A DNA stretch of 64,000 nt from Takakia lepidozioides (taxonomy: Eukaryota; Plantae; Bryophyta), in NCBI GenBank assembly GCA_030704615.1, contig CM060733.1:75888001-75952000 (forward strand). Direction: 5' to 3'. Positions 1-11,051 of this stretch are shown in pieces (position 1 is the first letter of the stretch; each line of letters starts with the position of its first letter). Both the position numbers and the translations under genes were made by a program. The notes under the pieces were generated by a model that was not told the DNA's origin, did no database searches, and was given only the letters and a program-made list of their open reading frames with translations.

Positions 1-2415
1 AGCTCTGCTCTTCCCATCTCGCCTCTCTTTCCTGCGTCGCTTATCTTCATTTACCCACTCATCAGCTTCCTCATCAGCATCATATGTACACAGGCTCAAC
101 TCTGGAGGTTCAAGCCCACTCCGTCCCTCTATATTCTCACTCTCCTCTAAATGACCTTCTTCAAGATCCTTTCGCTTCCCTTTGATGTCAAGAACCCTCT
201 CACCAGCCTTTTCTGTCAATTGGTCCTCAGAAGACTTCTCTGATCCCCAAACTTCTTCAAGTCGAGAGGCTTCTAATGGTAGCCTCACACGTCCCCGAGC
301 TTCCTCCCTTCCCCTAGTACTGCTGGCTCCCATACTAGATCTATTTTCTCCATTTGCATCATAACCAACATCTCCAAGCACCCGGACTCGGAGGTAATGC
401 ATGAGCTGTGCCACCATTCCTGTTGTTAGCACATCCTCCACCACGTCACCACTGCAAAAAAAAACCAACACCAGCAATATAACCACCTTAGTACATCCAA
501 AGCTGGGCCAGGGTACTTTATCAGATAAATTGCAAAAGACTGCCACGTAAGTGACAGGTTGAGTAAGGTCTGTACCCTGCAAGAGCTACTGCCAGGAGTC
601 CAGTTGCATAGGTCCTTAACATTTCACGATCTATTGCATCGGACAACATGATCCTCTTGTGGCCAGAATTGCGCACTGCCTTGCCACTTGCTCCTTCGCT
701 ACCAGGTTTGGTCATATCCTCTATCACCCAACGTTTGATATTTGCTAAAACCTCATCCTCAAAAACATGTGGATACTGCAAACGCCACCATCAAAGTGAA
801 TAAACTTATTCTCTGTCAAGAAAACTCCCATGCGCAATATCGTTATTCAAACTACAGTGCCAACTTCCTCTGATGGTGTACACTACACCAAATTCTCTTT
901 CTGTTATCTCAATCCATTATGAGCTGCAAGCAGAGCAAGGCTTACCATCCAGCTGGAAACACATGCAAGGAGCAGTCTAGCTGCAGCCGCTCGAACATTT
1001 GTAGAATGTCCTGCTTCAACTAGTAACCTTGATGATAAAAGCTCAAAAAAATCATCATCCTCCTGCCACCCATCCATCCCCCCACATTAGTGCATGAACC
1101 CAGCAAGGTTGCCACTTGCCACCATCCACCAGTTGCTCTTGCTCCTGAATAATCCTACAAATATCCTCCAATAGGCATGCGGGGAGGTACTGGAGCGCTT
1201 TCAGAAAAAACGCCAGAGGAAACAGAACCAAAGGAAGAAGAAGCAGACATAGCAACCCAGTCTTAACATCACAGCAGTAGCTCTGGAAACAAAACATCCT
1301 AGCTACGAAATTGAAGTTTGTGACATCAACTCCCCAATCAACAACATAGGATTGCACAAGATGGGTGCACTCAGCTGTGGTGCTGTTACAGAGATAGACC
1401 AATGACGATATGGGCCAAACTTACCCTAATCAAATTCACAAGACGTCCAATAGTGTGGGAAGACCGGGAATTGTTGGTGTAATGATGCCCTGCTTGCTGC
1501 TCGTACCTGTTCCTCCATGAACAAAAATCTAAAACATAAATTACAAAATCAAACTGCATTACCTCCACCAGAAAACAATCCGCTATCCCCCAACCTGGAG
1601 GAAAACTGGAGTTCCACTTGATCTATGAGTATCTACAGCAGGATGGACCATTTTTCCACACAAGATCCAGGCCCTACCAATTCAAATGCAAATTGTGTCA
1701 GATTTCATTCCTCCACTATAACTCGCTTAGGCACAGGTTGTCCAAGGAAAGATTCATCGTCAACAAGTATTTCCCATATTACCATTTGCTAACACCAGAT
1801 CCAGAGCCAACCAATTCAATGCAATTTGACTCAACTTACACTTCACCCCTTATAATTAACATCCAGTAGCCAGTACAGTTACCTGCCAGTAGCCAATAAA
1901 GCTAAACCACTTATCTCCAAACCATTCAGATGACGCGTTCCGGGGGAAAACTCCTCAATCCCGTCAGTGAGATTCCTCAATTCTTAACTCCACCACCATT
2001 CCGTTGCACATGTCAAAGCTCTGATCTACCCACTTCTACAGGCATCAACATAGGGTTTGCCATTCTGTTTCTGGTTCTATATTCTGTTTTTAAGTAGGAA
2101 GCCAAGTAACGCCACCGTCCAAAGACACGACACAGACATGCACACAAAAACCAGCACACCCTACCTGGATTCCTCCTGCTCCAGAACGGCGGCCAGAGAG
2201 TGAAGAAGGCAAGGATTGGGAGAAGAGCGGCCCGCCACCATACGCCTCATCAGTCCACGCGCCTTGTGCACCACATCCTCCCCTCCTCCACCACTCCCTC
2301 CTCCTTCCCCTCGCACCCCGTCCATCCCCGCCTCCCCTGCTACTTCGGAAGCTGCCACAACTACAGCCAGCGGCCCCGGGTCCAACATGGGCGAGCTGCC
2401 CGGCTCCTCGGCCAT
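1..2415 (-). CDS. DCAF1: DDB1- and CUL4-associated factor 1 homolog, 5' part. Exons 2415-2165, 1506-1425, 1062-946, 775-576, 451-<1; continues beyond the window
   Basis: GT-AG spliced exons give ...PNPCLLHSLAAVLEQEESRYEQ...SHTIGRLVNLIREDDDFFELLSSRLL...AAARLLLACVSSWMYPHVFEDEVLANIKRWV...EMLRTYATGLLAVALAGGDVVEDVLTTGMVAQLMHYLRVRVL, collinear with the plant DCAF1 N-terminus as recalled. Confidence 0.93.
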
Positions 2416-3391
2416 GGCCTCCCCTCGATCGCCTCGACTCCCACAGCGACTCCACGGCCCTCTTCCCGGATCCAGACCAGGCCGATGCCTGCCTGCCTGC
2501 TTAGGTCACTGCTTGAATGTCGCGCTCCAGGCCCCCCCATCCTCATGCCTCCATCTCCGCATGCGGCTGCCATATTACCCTCCCAAAACAATGAGACGCT
2601 TAACAAAAGAAAGTGCAAACAAGTTTTATCGGTTCTAACCGTACGATGGAAACCCTTCATCACCCACCTCCGTTGATATTATGAGATGATGCAATCTGGA
2701 AAAGACGACACCGCCGAATTAACTCGTGTTAATTTTAAGCTGGACCGTAGGCCAGCGTAGACTGACACTTGTTCGGGCGTGCCTTCGAGTGTAGTTCCCG
2801 CCAAGCGCATACCATGCATGCATCCCATCTGATGGCATGATGGCCATACATGCCCCACATGGCGCATGTGTCTGCCCAGGTTATGGGTAACCCAAGGAAC
2901 TCCCAAAGTGTGCTTCTGTGATGTCCCACCCGCGGGCGCATCGTGCGCCACGTGGACACTTTTAACAGGCCGTAATGCATGCTGAATTCATAGCATGGCT
3001 GGTTGTGGATGAAACCTATTTGTCATTCATTCATGCATAGGTAGCAATGCCAAATTACAAATATGTTCTAGCCACCAACATATTATGGTTTCTAACCCTA
3101 ACCCTAATTGTAGTGATGGAACTTCCCTATTTTTCTGCTCTTCCTCATTTCTTATGTGTGGGTGCATACTTGTTTGTTTATAGATATTGCTTTAGTAGCA
3201 TAGTGGTCATCAACTCATATAAGTATTTGTTATACTTATGCAGTCTGTTGCAATTATGGGATAGAACTTTGGAAAGAAAGAGTATTGTAGTTATAGGCAA
3301 GAAGATGAACAACCTCTTCTTAAGTGAAGGAACACTTCTGCCTGCATAGACTTGCTCTCTCACAAGCTACATCTAACATTAGAAACAAATA

Positions 3392-4030
3392 GCCAATTCG
3401 GAGCTTCGGCTGCTCATCGGGGCATAACGGTCCCCCTCACACTCCCACTCGACCCTCGACCTGTCGGGCTCAGTGGAAATTCCCTTTGGTAGATGGCAGT
3501 CCGGAACAGCTCCCCACACCTTGGTCGCTTTCCGACTCGCACGCTTACTCACTAGTTTTTGGTCACCAACGGGCTTGCACCGTTCTCGGGGTTACTACTC
3601 CCTATATATACTTCTGTAGGTGTCCGCGGGAGTTCCACAAGTAGCCAAGTCCAAATCTGGTGCACCACCACTTAGATCCTCGATTGTCCCAATAATGAGC
3701 CGCGGTGAGTTTTGGCCCACCCACCACGGCCCCAATGGACCGTGGTGAGTCCCAAGACTCCCCACGACTCCCACCACAAGACCTCAGCCTCATGGTGAGT
3801 CTTATGCGACCCCCACTACGACTCCCTACGCTACCACCACCCCTCGTGGAGCCCCCACCGCCACCACCCGGTTTGCGGGGCTCCACCTAGTAAGCGCCAC
3901 CGCCTCCTTGAGTGCCTTTGGTACTCAAGGGTGCTTCAGCCCCCTTTCCTATTTGCTGCCACTGCCCCCACCACAGGGGCAGCCCCTCTTGTGTCCCGAT
4001 CCCTCGCCCTCAAGGCAAAGGGCCGCGACA
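3392..4030 (-). mobile_element. Solo LTR, 5' ~640 bp (inverted), same family as LTRs 17165-17896 and 19401-20134
   Basis: The reverse complement starts TGTCGCGGCCCTTTGCCTTGAGGG at 4030 and follows the 17165 LTR up to ...gcagccgaagctcc. Confidence 0.9.
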
Positions 4031-4216
4031 ACTGCCCCCTTTCGAGGGTGGGCCCTATACACCCTTTTTATATAGTGTGTGAAGGCGGTGGTGGAGCCTT
4101 CTAGAAGGGCCCCACCGCCTCAACCTCCTTGTAGAAAACTCTAGAACTAGAAGGAGGGCCACCTCCTACTTCTATGCTAGCTTCTACGTGGCCTCCATTA
4201 TTTCTTTTTCGCTTTA

Positions 4217-4298
4217 GGCCGGTTTGGGAGTTAGGCGCGCACATCAAAGCGAGTAACTATGACTTGAAGGGGAGTTTACCGAAGTGAGGTGCGTGACA
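4217..4298 (+). mobile_element. Solo LTR, 3' ~80 bp (forward orientation), the remainder of the 3392-4030 LTR
   Basis: Matches the LTR end ...ggcgcgcacatcaaagcgagtaactatgacttgaaggggagtttaccgaagtgaggtgcgTGACA. It is followed by GCAGT, the reverse complement of ACTGC at 4031-4035 (5-bp TSD). Confidence 0.9.
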
Positions 4299-4981
4299 GC
4301 AGTAACCGCAAGGCGAAATGGCTCTTAGTTACGCCGGCCTCGGCCGGAGTCCTCTCTCTCTAAAGAGGTGAGGGTTGTTTTTTACAGGTTTCTTCCGCCT
4401 TGCGTTATTTATAATCTAGGATTAGCCTCAAGTAGGCCTTGTCCCTACAAGGCAAGGCACATTAATGGGCTTCTGTCATTAATGCCAAGAGCCACGCCCA
4501 ACTCTCGGGTCCACCTATCATTTCCCTCGCCATGCCCCCTCCTAGTAGTTCGTCATACCCACTCCTCGTCATGCATGTATGCCCCACCATGCTCCATGCG
4601 CCCTTCCCCATGCTACATGTGAGGCCCCATGTTGCATGCTACATGGCCATGTTTGTTATCCATGCCACGAGCTTAGGGGGATGAGTTTAGGGCCTAGTTG
4701 CAAATTTGGACGTGACGTGGCGTTGACGCGTCAGCGTCACGTCCGACGCCAGGACGGACGTGCGTCACGTCACATCCTAAACCGACGTTATTGTACATAA
4801 ATATGTTTATTTTTTTACTTTACTATTGACTATTTACTATGAGAACCGACGTGGCAACCGATGTGGCCTCATTACGTGGACTTCATTAATTATCTGTAAA
4901 ATTCTTATATTATGATTTATATTGTCAATCATGCGAACGTCAGCAAAGGTTGGTCGGACAAATTTTTATTTTTTTTAAATA

Positions 4982-5465
4982 GGTGCGACCACCAGAAGGG
5001 GGTGGTCGCACATATTTTCTTATTTTTTAAATGGGTGCGACCACCAACAGGTGGTGGTCGCAGCATTTTCATTTTTTTTAATAGGTGCGACCACAAGCAG
5101 AGGGTGACTTTCGATCTTCGGTTTTTCTATCGGAGCCTTCGGAGAAAAAAAATAAAACTTTTTTTTTCTTTTCGTGCTCTTGTCGGATCTTCTATATCTC
5201 CTGATCGAGCTTGTGTAGATAGATGTTGCATAGTAGGGGTGATAGTAAACAGGTGCGACCACCAGCAGAGGATGGTCGCACATTTTTAATTATTTTTTAA
5301 ATAGGTGCGACCACCAACAGGGGATGGTCGCACATTTTTAATTATTTTTTAAATGGGTGCGACCACCAGCCGGTGGTGGTCGCAGACTTTTTCTTTATTG
5401 TTATTAGGTGCGACCGCTCCCTGGACACGTGGCGAGGCGTGAATGGGGAGCAAAGGCGGTCGCAC
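4982..5465. repeat. Palindrome array 1: ~7 copies of GGTGCGACCACC-agcagg-GGTGGTCGCA separated by A/T tracts, ~52-bp period
   Basis: Units near 4982, 5035, 5085, 5252, 5304, 5356, 5408. Confidence 0.92.
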
Positions 5466-5484
5466 GTCAGGCCTCTCCAGGCAG

Positions 5485-5493
5485 TATATAAGG
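5485..5493 (+). promoter_or_regulatory. Putative TATA box of the kinase-like gene
   Basis: TATATAAGG ~20 bp after the last palindrome, followed by a pyrimidine-rich stretch. Probable 5'UTR intron acceptor ttccgcag at 5761-5768 just before the ATG at 5781. Confidence 0.55.
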
Positions 5494-5780
5494 GCCTACC
5501 CCTCATTCTCAACCCACTTTTTTCCCTCTCTGTGAGTGCGGTTCTGAGGCTTCTTGGAGTTTGAACTTCGGTGGCCAGGACTGAGCGTGGGGGGGGGAGA
5601 AAGTGGATTTGTGTGGGGGAGGAATTTTTGCCTTTTTTTCCTGGGACTGCGGGAGAGTTTGCTTTGGGTACTATACCAATAGAGGGTGAGGAAATTGGTC
5701 TGCTAGTATATAAGGTTATCAATAGTTTGGGTTTAGTTTTCCGTTACGAAGCCGCCTCTATTCCGCAGAGTACTTTCATC

Positions 5781-7289
5781 ATGTCCGGAAACGTTGTTTC
5801 GAACGCAGTGTCAGGGGGTTCCTCGGGAAGTGGGCGTAAAGGTAGAAAGCGTAAACATGCACATGAACGGGATAGTCAGGTCAACAAAAAAGACTATCCA
5901 AGCGCAGAGGCCGCGAAGGTGGTGAAGCACGTAGTGCTGGATTATTTGAAGGACAATGACATAATGCGTTTGAATCTTTTGTATGTCCGACATGGGAATG
6001 ATGGGTTCCTTAGATTCCAGCACAATATGGAGATGAGAATGAGGGAGGCTTTGGCAAGGGATGAATGGGAGGAGGACAGGGCGAAGTTCCAGTTCACGAA
6101 ATGGATGGAGGACCGGACCCATGATGCCACATGGAATCTGAGGCAAACCATGGACAAGTTTGTTACGATAACACCTGTAGCTGAAGGTCGCATGCCAACT
6201 TCGGGAGATGAGTTGTTTGTGCTTGTGGATTGGTGGTCTGACATGGTAAAGGCCCACGCCAAACGACGTACAAAACCACTCCAATGGAAGGCAGGGTCCT
6301 CGTCCGCGGATGCGGCATTGAACGTGAGATACATATCCACAAACGCACAGGTACAACAACTCGACGCGCCCAAACAGGGAAGGTATGGTACAATTCGGAG
6401 GGTTAGAATTGTTGGGGATCAATTCATTCCTCCATCTTGGGAGCTAGTAGGGAAAACGCCCGGGGAAACAAATGCTGAGCTTGCCAAAGTCCAACATAAC
6501 AATGAGGCGTTGGCTGTGAAGTTCCATTATTTTGGCATCATAAAGTATTTTGCGTTGCATCCACGTCGAAATGAAGGTTACACACATTGGTGGAATGGGG
6601 GGACCATACGATCATGGTTGAGTATTGACAGGAAATGGGGGAATGATCGGGATAACAGGGAATTAATGGAACGACGGGGTACGAAGCAGGAAATGCAGGA
6701 GGTCAACCGACTGGTTCGATTCCGATAGAATCACACCCAATTGGCATGGGCGCCTTTGCATATCATGCTCAACGTCCATAATCACCACCTCTTGCACAAC
6801 GACATGTCCCCCGACAACATTTTGTTGCATTTTCCACAAGGGTCTGAAGATGTGTACATCGGGGTATGCAATTGGGGGATGGCCTCCACGATGGATGACC
6901 CAAAAACCACGTTGTACATTTTTGAGAGCAGAGACAAGATGATAAAGACTCTCGCACATAGATGGTGGATTGCACCTGAAATTGCAATTGTTGGTAATGT
7001 AGCCAACAACCAGTCAGATGGCACACCTCGTAGGCCCCCTCTAACCGTGCCATCAGAGACCTTTGCAATTGGGAAGATAGCCCAGGCAATAAATGGGGGT
7101 AACACGTTCGATGCAAGTCTATTCAACGATATTTCTACTAGAACTTGTTTTGCTTCCGCTCTGGAAAACTTGTGTATAGACACAGTAGAGTTGCGGTACA
7201 AACTAGAAAATGTTGTGAAGCGTTTCATGACGGGGCTATTCAATTGGCCTGAGCCCAAAAATTGCTGGAGGATGGATAAAAACTTGTAG
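5781..7289 (+). pseudogene. Transposon-borne protein-kinase-like ORF (~500 aa) with one in-frame TAG at 6726-6728
   Basis: ORFs 5571-6728 and 6741-7289 are in the same frame. Motifs in kinase order: GRYGTIRRV (Gly loop), ELVGK (beta3 Lys), HNDMSPDNILL (catalytic loop), GVCNWGMA (DFG position), WIAPE. N-terminal basic NLS-like GRKGRKRKH. Confidence 0.8.
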
Positions 7290-7454
7290 ACCTCTGACTG
7301 TACATCATGTTTGAATAAATGTTGTTTTCAATTGTGTTTGTCTCGTACCATAATGTTTTAATGGTTTGTTACTTGGCCATGGCACCTGGGTCCATCATAT
7401 GGGATAATCAAGCACCACACCCACGAATCTTTGAAGAGTGACAGTGTACATCGG

Positions 7455-10400
7455 GTCAATGGGTGAACCAATCGTTCCCCTGCCAAATGATTTTAGATTG
7501 ATTTGAAACTTTGGGAGTGTGTTGTATATGCCCTCTTTAAGTTACCGAACAAGTATAAGGTCAATCTAAAATGGTTCTAAGGGTGAACCAATAGTTCCCC
7601 TATTAAATGATTCATGATTGAAAATTGGTTGAAAGTTTAACGAGTCGTTCAGGGGGCAAATGATTATTTCTTCGCTTGCAACTTTGTGTACGTGATTTGT
7701 ACGTACTTAAGCACATATGGACCAAAGTTGAACTTCAACAAAGTTGTTTGAATTGGTTATTCAAATTCATAAGGAAAAACTATCTTTCGCCTGCACATGA
7801 ATTGCTTTTAATTCCATTCTGAAGCCATATGCTTGATAACAACATGAAGAGTTGCATGCAAAATATCATCATGAACAGACATCGTCTGCATCCAAAACAC
7901 ATTTTATTCCCTCATTTGCACTCCAAGGTGAAGTTATCTTCAACTTCATGCACTCTTCGTAGAGAGTTCTGCTATAGTGAGCATAGAGCAAAGGATGAAC
8001 GTTTTTTTCCAAACATTTTTCTTTGGTACCATTTTTGGTAAGGATGTGGTGGTGTGAGGGTTCAACTCACAGAACAAAATCAAGCCAAAAACAAAATCAT
8101 TGCGCCCCACACTCATTGCGCCCCACAATCCTATGCCCTCTAAATCATTTTATTTAGTAAAAATCCAGTTCAATTCAAAATTGGATGAAAGGGTGAACGG
8201 AAACTTCCCCGATGAAATGATATTTTATTGCTCCGAAACTTTGCAAGTGTCTTCTACATGCCCTCTTACACGTCTTTGAGAAGTATGACATCAATCTAAA
8301 ATGGTTTAAAGGGTGAATCAATCGTCCCCCTACCAAATGATTTTAAATTGATTTGAAACTTTGCAAGTGTCTTGTACATGCCCTCTTACAGGTCTTTCAC
8401 AAGTTTCAAATCAATCTAAAATGGTTAAAAGGGTGAATCAATCATGAACATATCAAATGATTTTGGAGTGCTTTAAAGCTTTGCAAGTGTCTTTCACATG
8501 CCATTTTAAAGGTACCGGACAAGTACGAGGTTAGTAAAATATGGTTGAAAGGGTGAACCAATTGTTCCCCTATCAAATGATTTTACATTGTTTTGAAGCT
8601 TTGCAAGTGTCAGCCACATGCCCTCCTACAAGTACCAGACAAGTATGACGTGAATAAAAAATGGTTGAAAGGGTGAACCAATCATTCCGCTATCAAATGA
8701 TTTTATATTGCTTTGGATGTCATTGCTTTGGTAATTCTAGCCCCCCAATGGCCCATTGTAACCCTTGAATTACAATTCAAAATGCAATTCAAGCCCTTAA
8801 AATTGATAATGTCAGTCCCTAAATGACCAACCCCGGCCGCCCCTCAAATTGTAATTTGAGCCCTTGAAATTGTCAATTCCAACCCCTCAAATTGCAATTG
8901 AAGCCCCTGAAACTTAATTCCAACCCCTCAAATTGCACTTCTAGCCCCTGAAATGACAATTCCCGCCCCTCAAATTGCAACTGCAGCCTGTGAAATGGCA
9001 ATTGCTAATGCAGCCCTTGAAATAGGCAATTGAAGCCCTTGGAATGGCAGTTTCAGCCCCTCAAATTGCAAGTCCAACCCCTGAAATTGGCAATTCAAGC
9101 CCCATAAATGGCAATTTCAGCCCTTGAAATTGGCTATGGGTGAATCAATCATTCCTCGGCCAAATGATTTTGGCATTTAAAACTTTGCGAGTGTCTTGTA
9201 CATGCCCTCTTAAAGTTACTGGACAAGTATGATGTCAATGTTAAATGGTTCAAAGGGTGAACCAACAGTTCCCCTGTTGGATGATTCATGATTAATCGTT
9301 AACGATTGATCTCATATTACACTAGGACCTATCAGAGGGTACATTGAACACACTGGCCAAGTCTCAAAACGAACGAAAATCATTTGGATGGGCAACCATC
9401 CGTCGGCCCATTGAACGAATTTCGGTTGATCTCATATTACTCTGGGGCCTCTTCCATGGCACATTGAACATACTGGCCAAGTCTCAAAGCGAACCAAAAT
9501 CATCTCGATGGCCAACCATCCGTTGAGCCATCGAATGAATTTCGATTGATCTGATATTAGTCCGGGACCTGTGAGAGGGTGTTTCAAACGTACTGGCAAA
9601 GTTTGGAAGCAAACAAAAATGATTTGGATGGGCAACCATCCGTTCACCCGTTGAATATATTCCGCTGGATCTTCTATTGCTTTGGGACCTGTTGGACTGT
9701 GTTTCGCGTGCTCGATTCGGTTTTGAATGGGGCGTGTAATGTAGCCATATGCAACGTGCGTGCCAAATTTGGGAACAAATATAATGCATTTGGACCCAAA
9801 ACCACAAACATGTGATTCTTAAATGTAATGATCAATTTCTTCCCTGTTTTGCACTCCAAACTTGATTTGTGTTCAATTTCATGCATTCTTCATAGAGAGT
9901 TCTGCAATAGTAAGCGAAGAGAACACTTTTTTTTTGGGCATTTTTTATTGGTCCAAATTTTGGCGGGGGAGTAGTGGTGGGATGCTGGAAGCCGCAGAAC
10001 AAAACTGAGCCAAAAACAAAATCGATATGTGCCAGAAACCCCCAATGAAAGGCAGTGCAAACCTATTTATTGGCTTAAAATTAATTTAAATTCAATTACA
10101 TTATGGAATGGCTTGGTGTCGATGGGGAGGCAAATGATTTATTCGTCTATTGTGTCTCCGCACATGTGTCGCACACATGTTCAAGCACATGCGGGAAAAA
10201 GAGGGGCTTCAACCACATCCGTTCAATGGGTGCAATAGCCGTGCACGCATTGCAGGATTTCTTTTTCGCAATGAACAAAAACCAGATGACAACTGAACGC
10301 CTGATTGGCCCATCAAACGAATTTCGATTGATCTCATATTACACTGGAACCTATCAGAGGGTATATTGAACACACTAGTCAAGTCTCAAAACGAACGAAA

Positions 10401-10955
10401 ATCATTTGGATGGGCAACCATCCGTCGGCCCATTTAACAAATTTCGATTGATCTCATATTACTGTGGGGCCTCTTCCATGGTACATTGAAGATACTGGCC
10501 AAGTCTCAAAGCGAACCAAAATCATTTGGAGGCAAATGATTCATGCGTCTGTTCATTTATTTGTGATTAATCGTTAATGGTGAAAAGGATAAACCAAAGG
10601 TTCCTTGATCAAAAAAAATTTGAATGATTTGAAATTTTGCCAATATGTTCTACATGCCTCTTACATGGACCGGACAAGTATGAGATCAATAAAAAATGGT
10701 TCACAGGAGGAACCAATGGTTACTTGATGTGCCGATTTCTGAATGCTTTCAAACTTTGTCATTGCATTGTACATGCCCTCTTAAAGGTACCGGACAAGTA
10801 TGAGTTCGATTTAAAATATTGCAATGGGTGAACCAATGATATCTTCAATCAACAATTTTTTATTGTTTTGAAACTTTGCCAGTATATTATATATGCCGAC
10901 AAACAGGTACCGGACAAGTATGAGATCATTCAAAAATGGTTCAAAGGATGAACCT
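7455..10955. repeat. ~120-bp satellite-like tandem repeat in both orientations, interleaved with duplicated unique blocks
   Basis: GGGTGAAccaatcgttcccc...aaatgatt recurs at 7461, 7581, 8191, 8311, 8431, 8551, 8671 (120-bp steps), 9138 and 9256. Reverse-type units (aaatcatttggatgggcaaccatcc) at 9300-9660 and 10300-10530. Forward units again at 10580-10955. Confidence 0.88.
8755..9135. repeat. ~21-bp degenerate minisatellite (CCCCTCAAATTGCAATTCAA-like)
   Basis: Many successive ccct(c/t/g)aaattg(c/t)aat units. Confidence 0.8.
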
Positions 10956-11051
10956 CGTATCTCCAAAAATTACGTAGACTATACAGTGGGTTGCACATTT
11001 AAGTTTTTGCAACCTGAGACCTTTGGCCTACTCCTTACGTTTCTAGCCTTT

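Noticed and set aside
5571-5780. N-terminal 70 aa of ORF 5571-6728
   Set aside because: It starts at GTG within a probable 5'UTR/intron (acceptor ttccgcag at 5761-5768); ATG 5781 is the more plausible start.
6726-6728. Programmed stop-codon readthrough in the kinase ORF
   Set aside because: The neighbouring ORFs of the same element have many similar TAG/TGA stops, so ordinary C-to-T decay is the simpler explanation.
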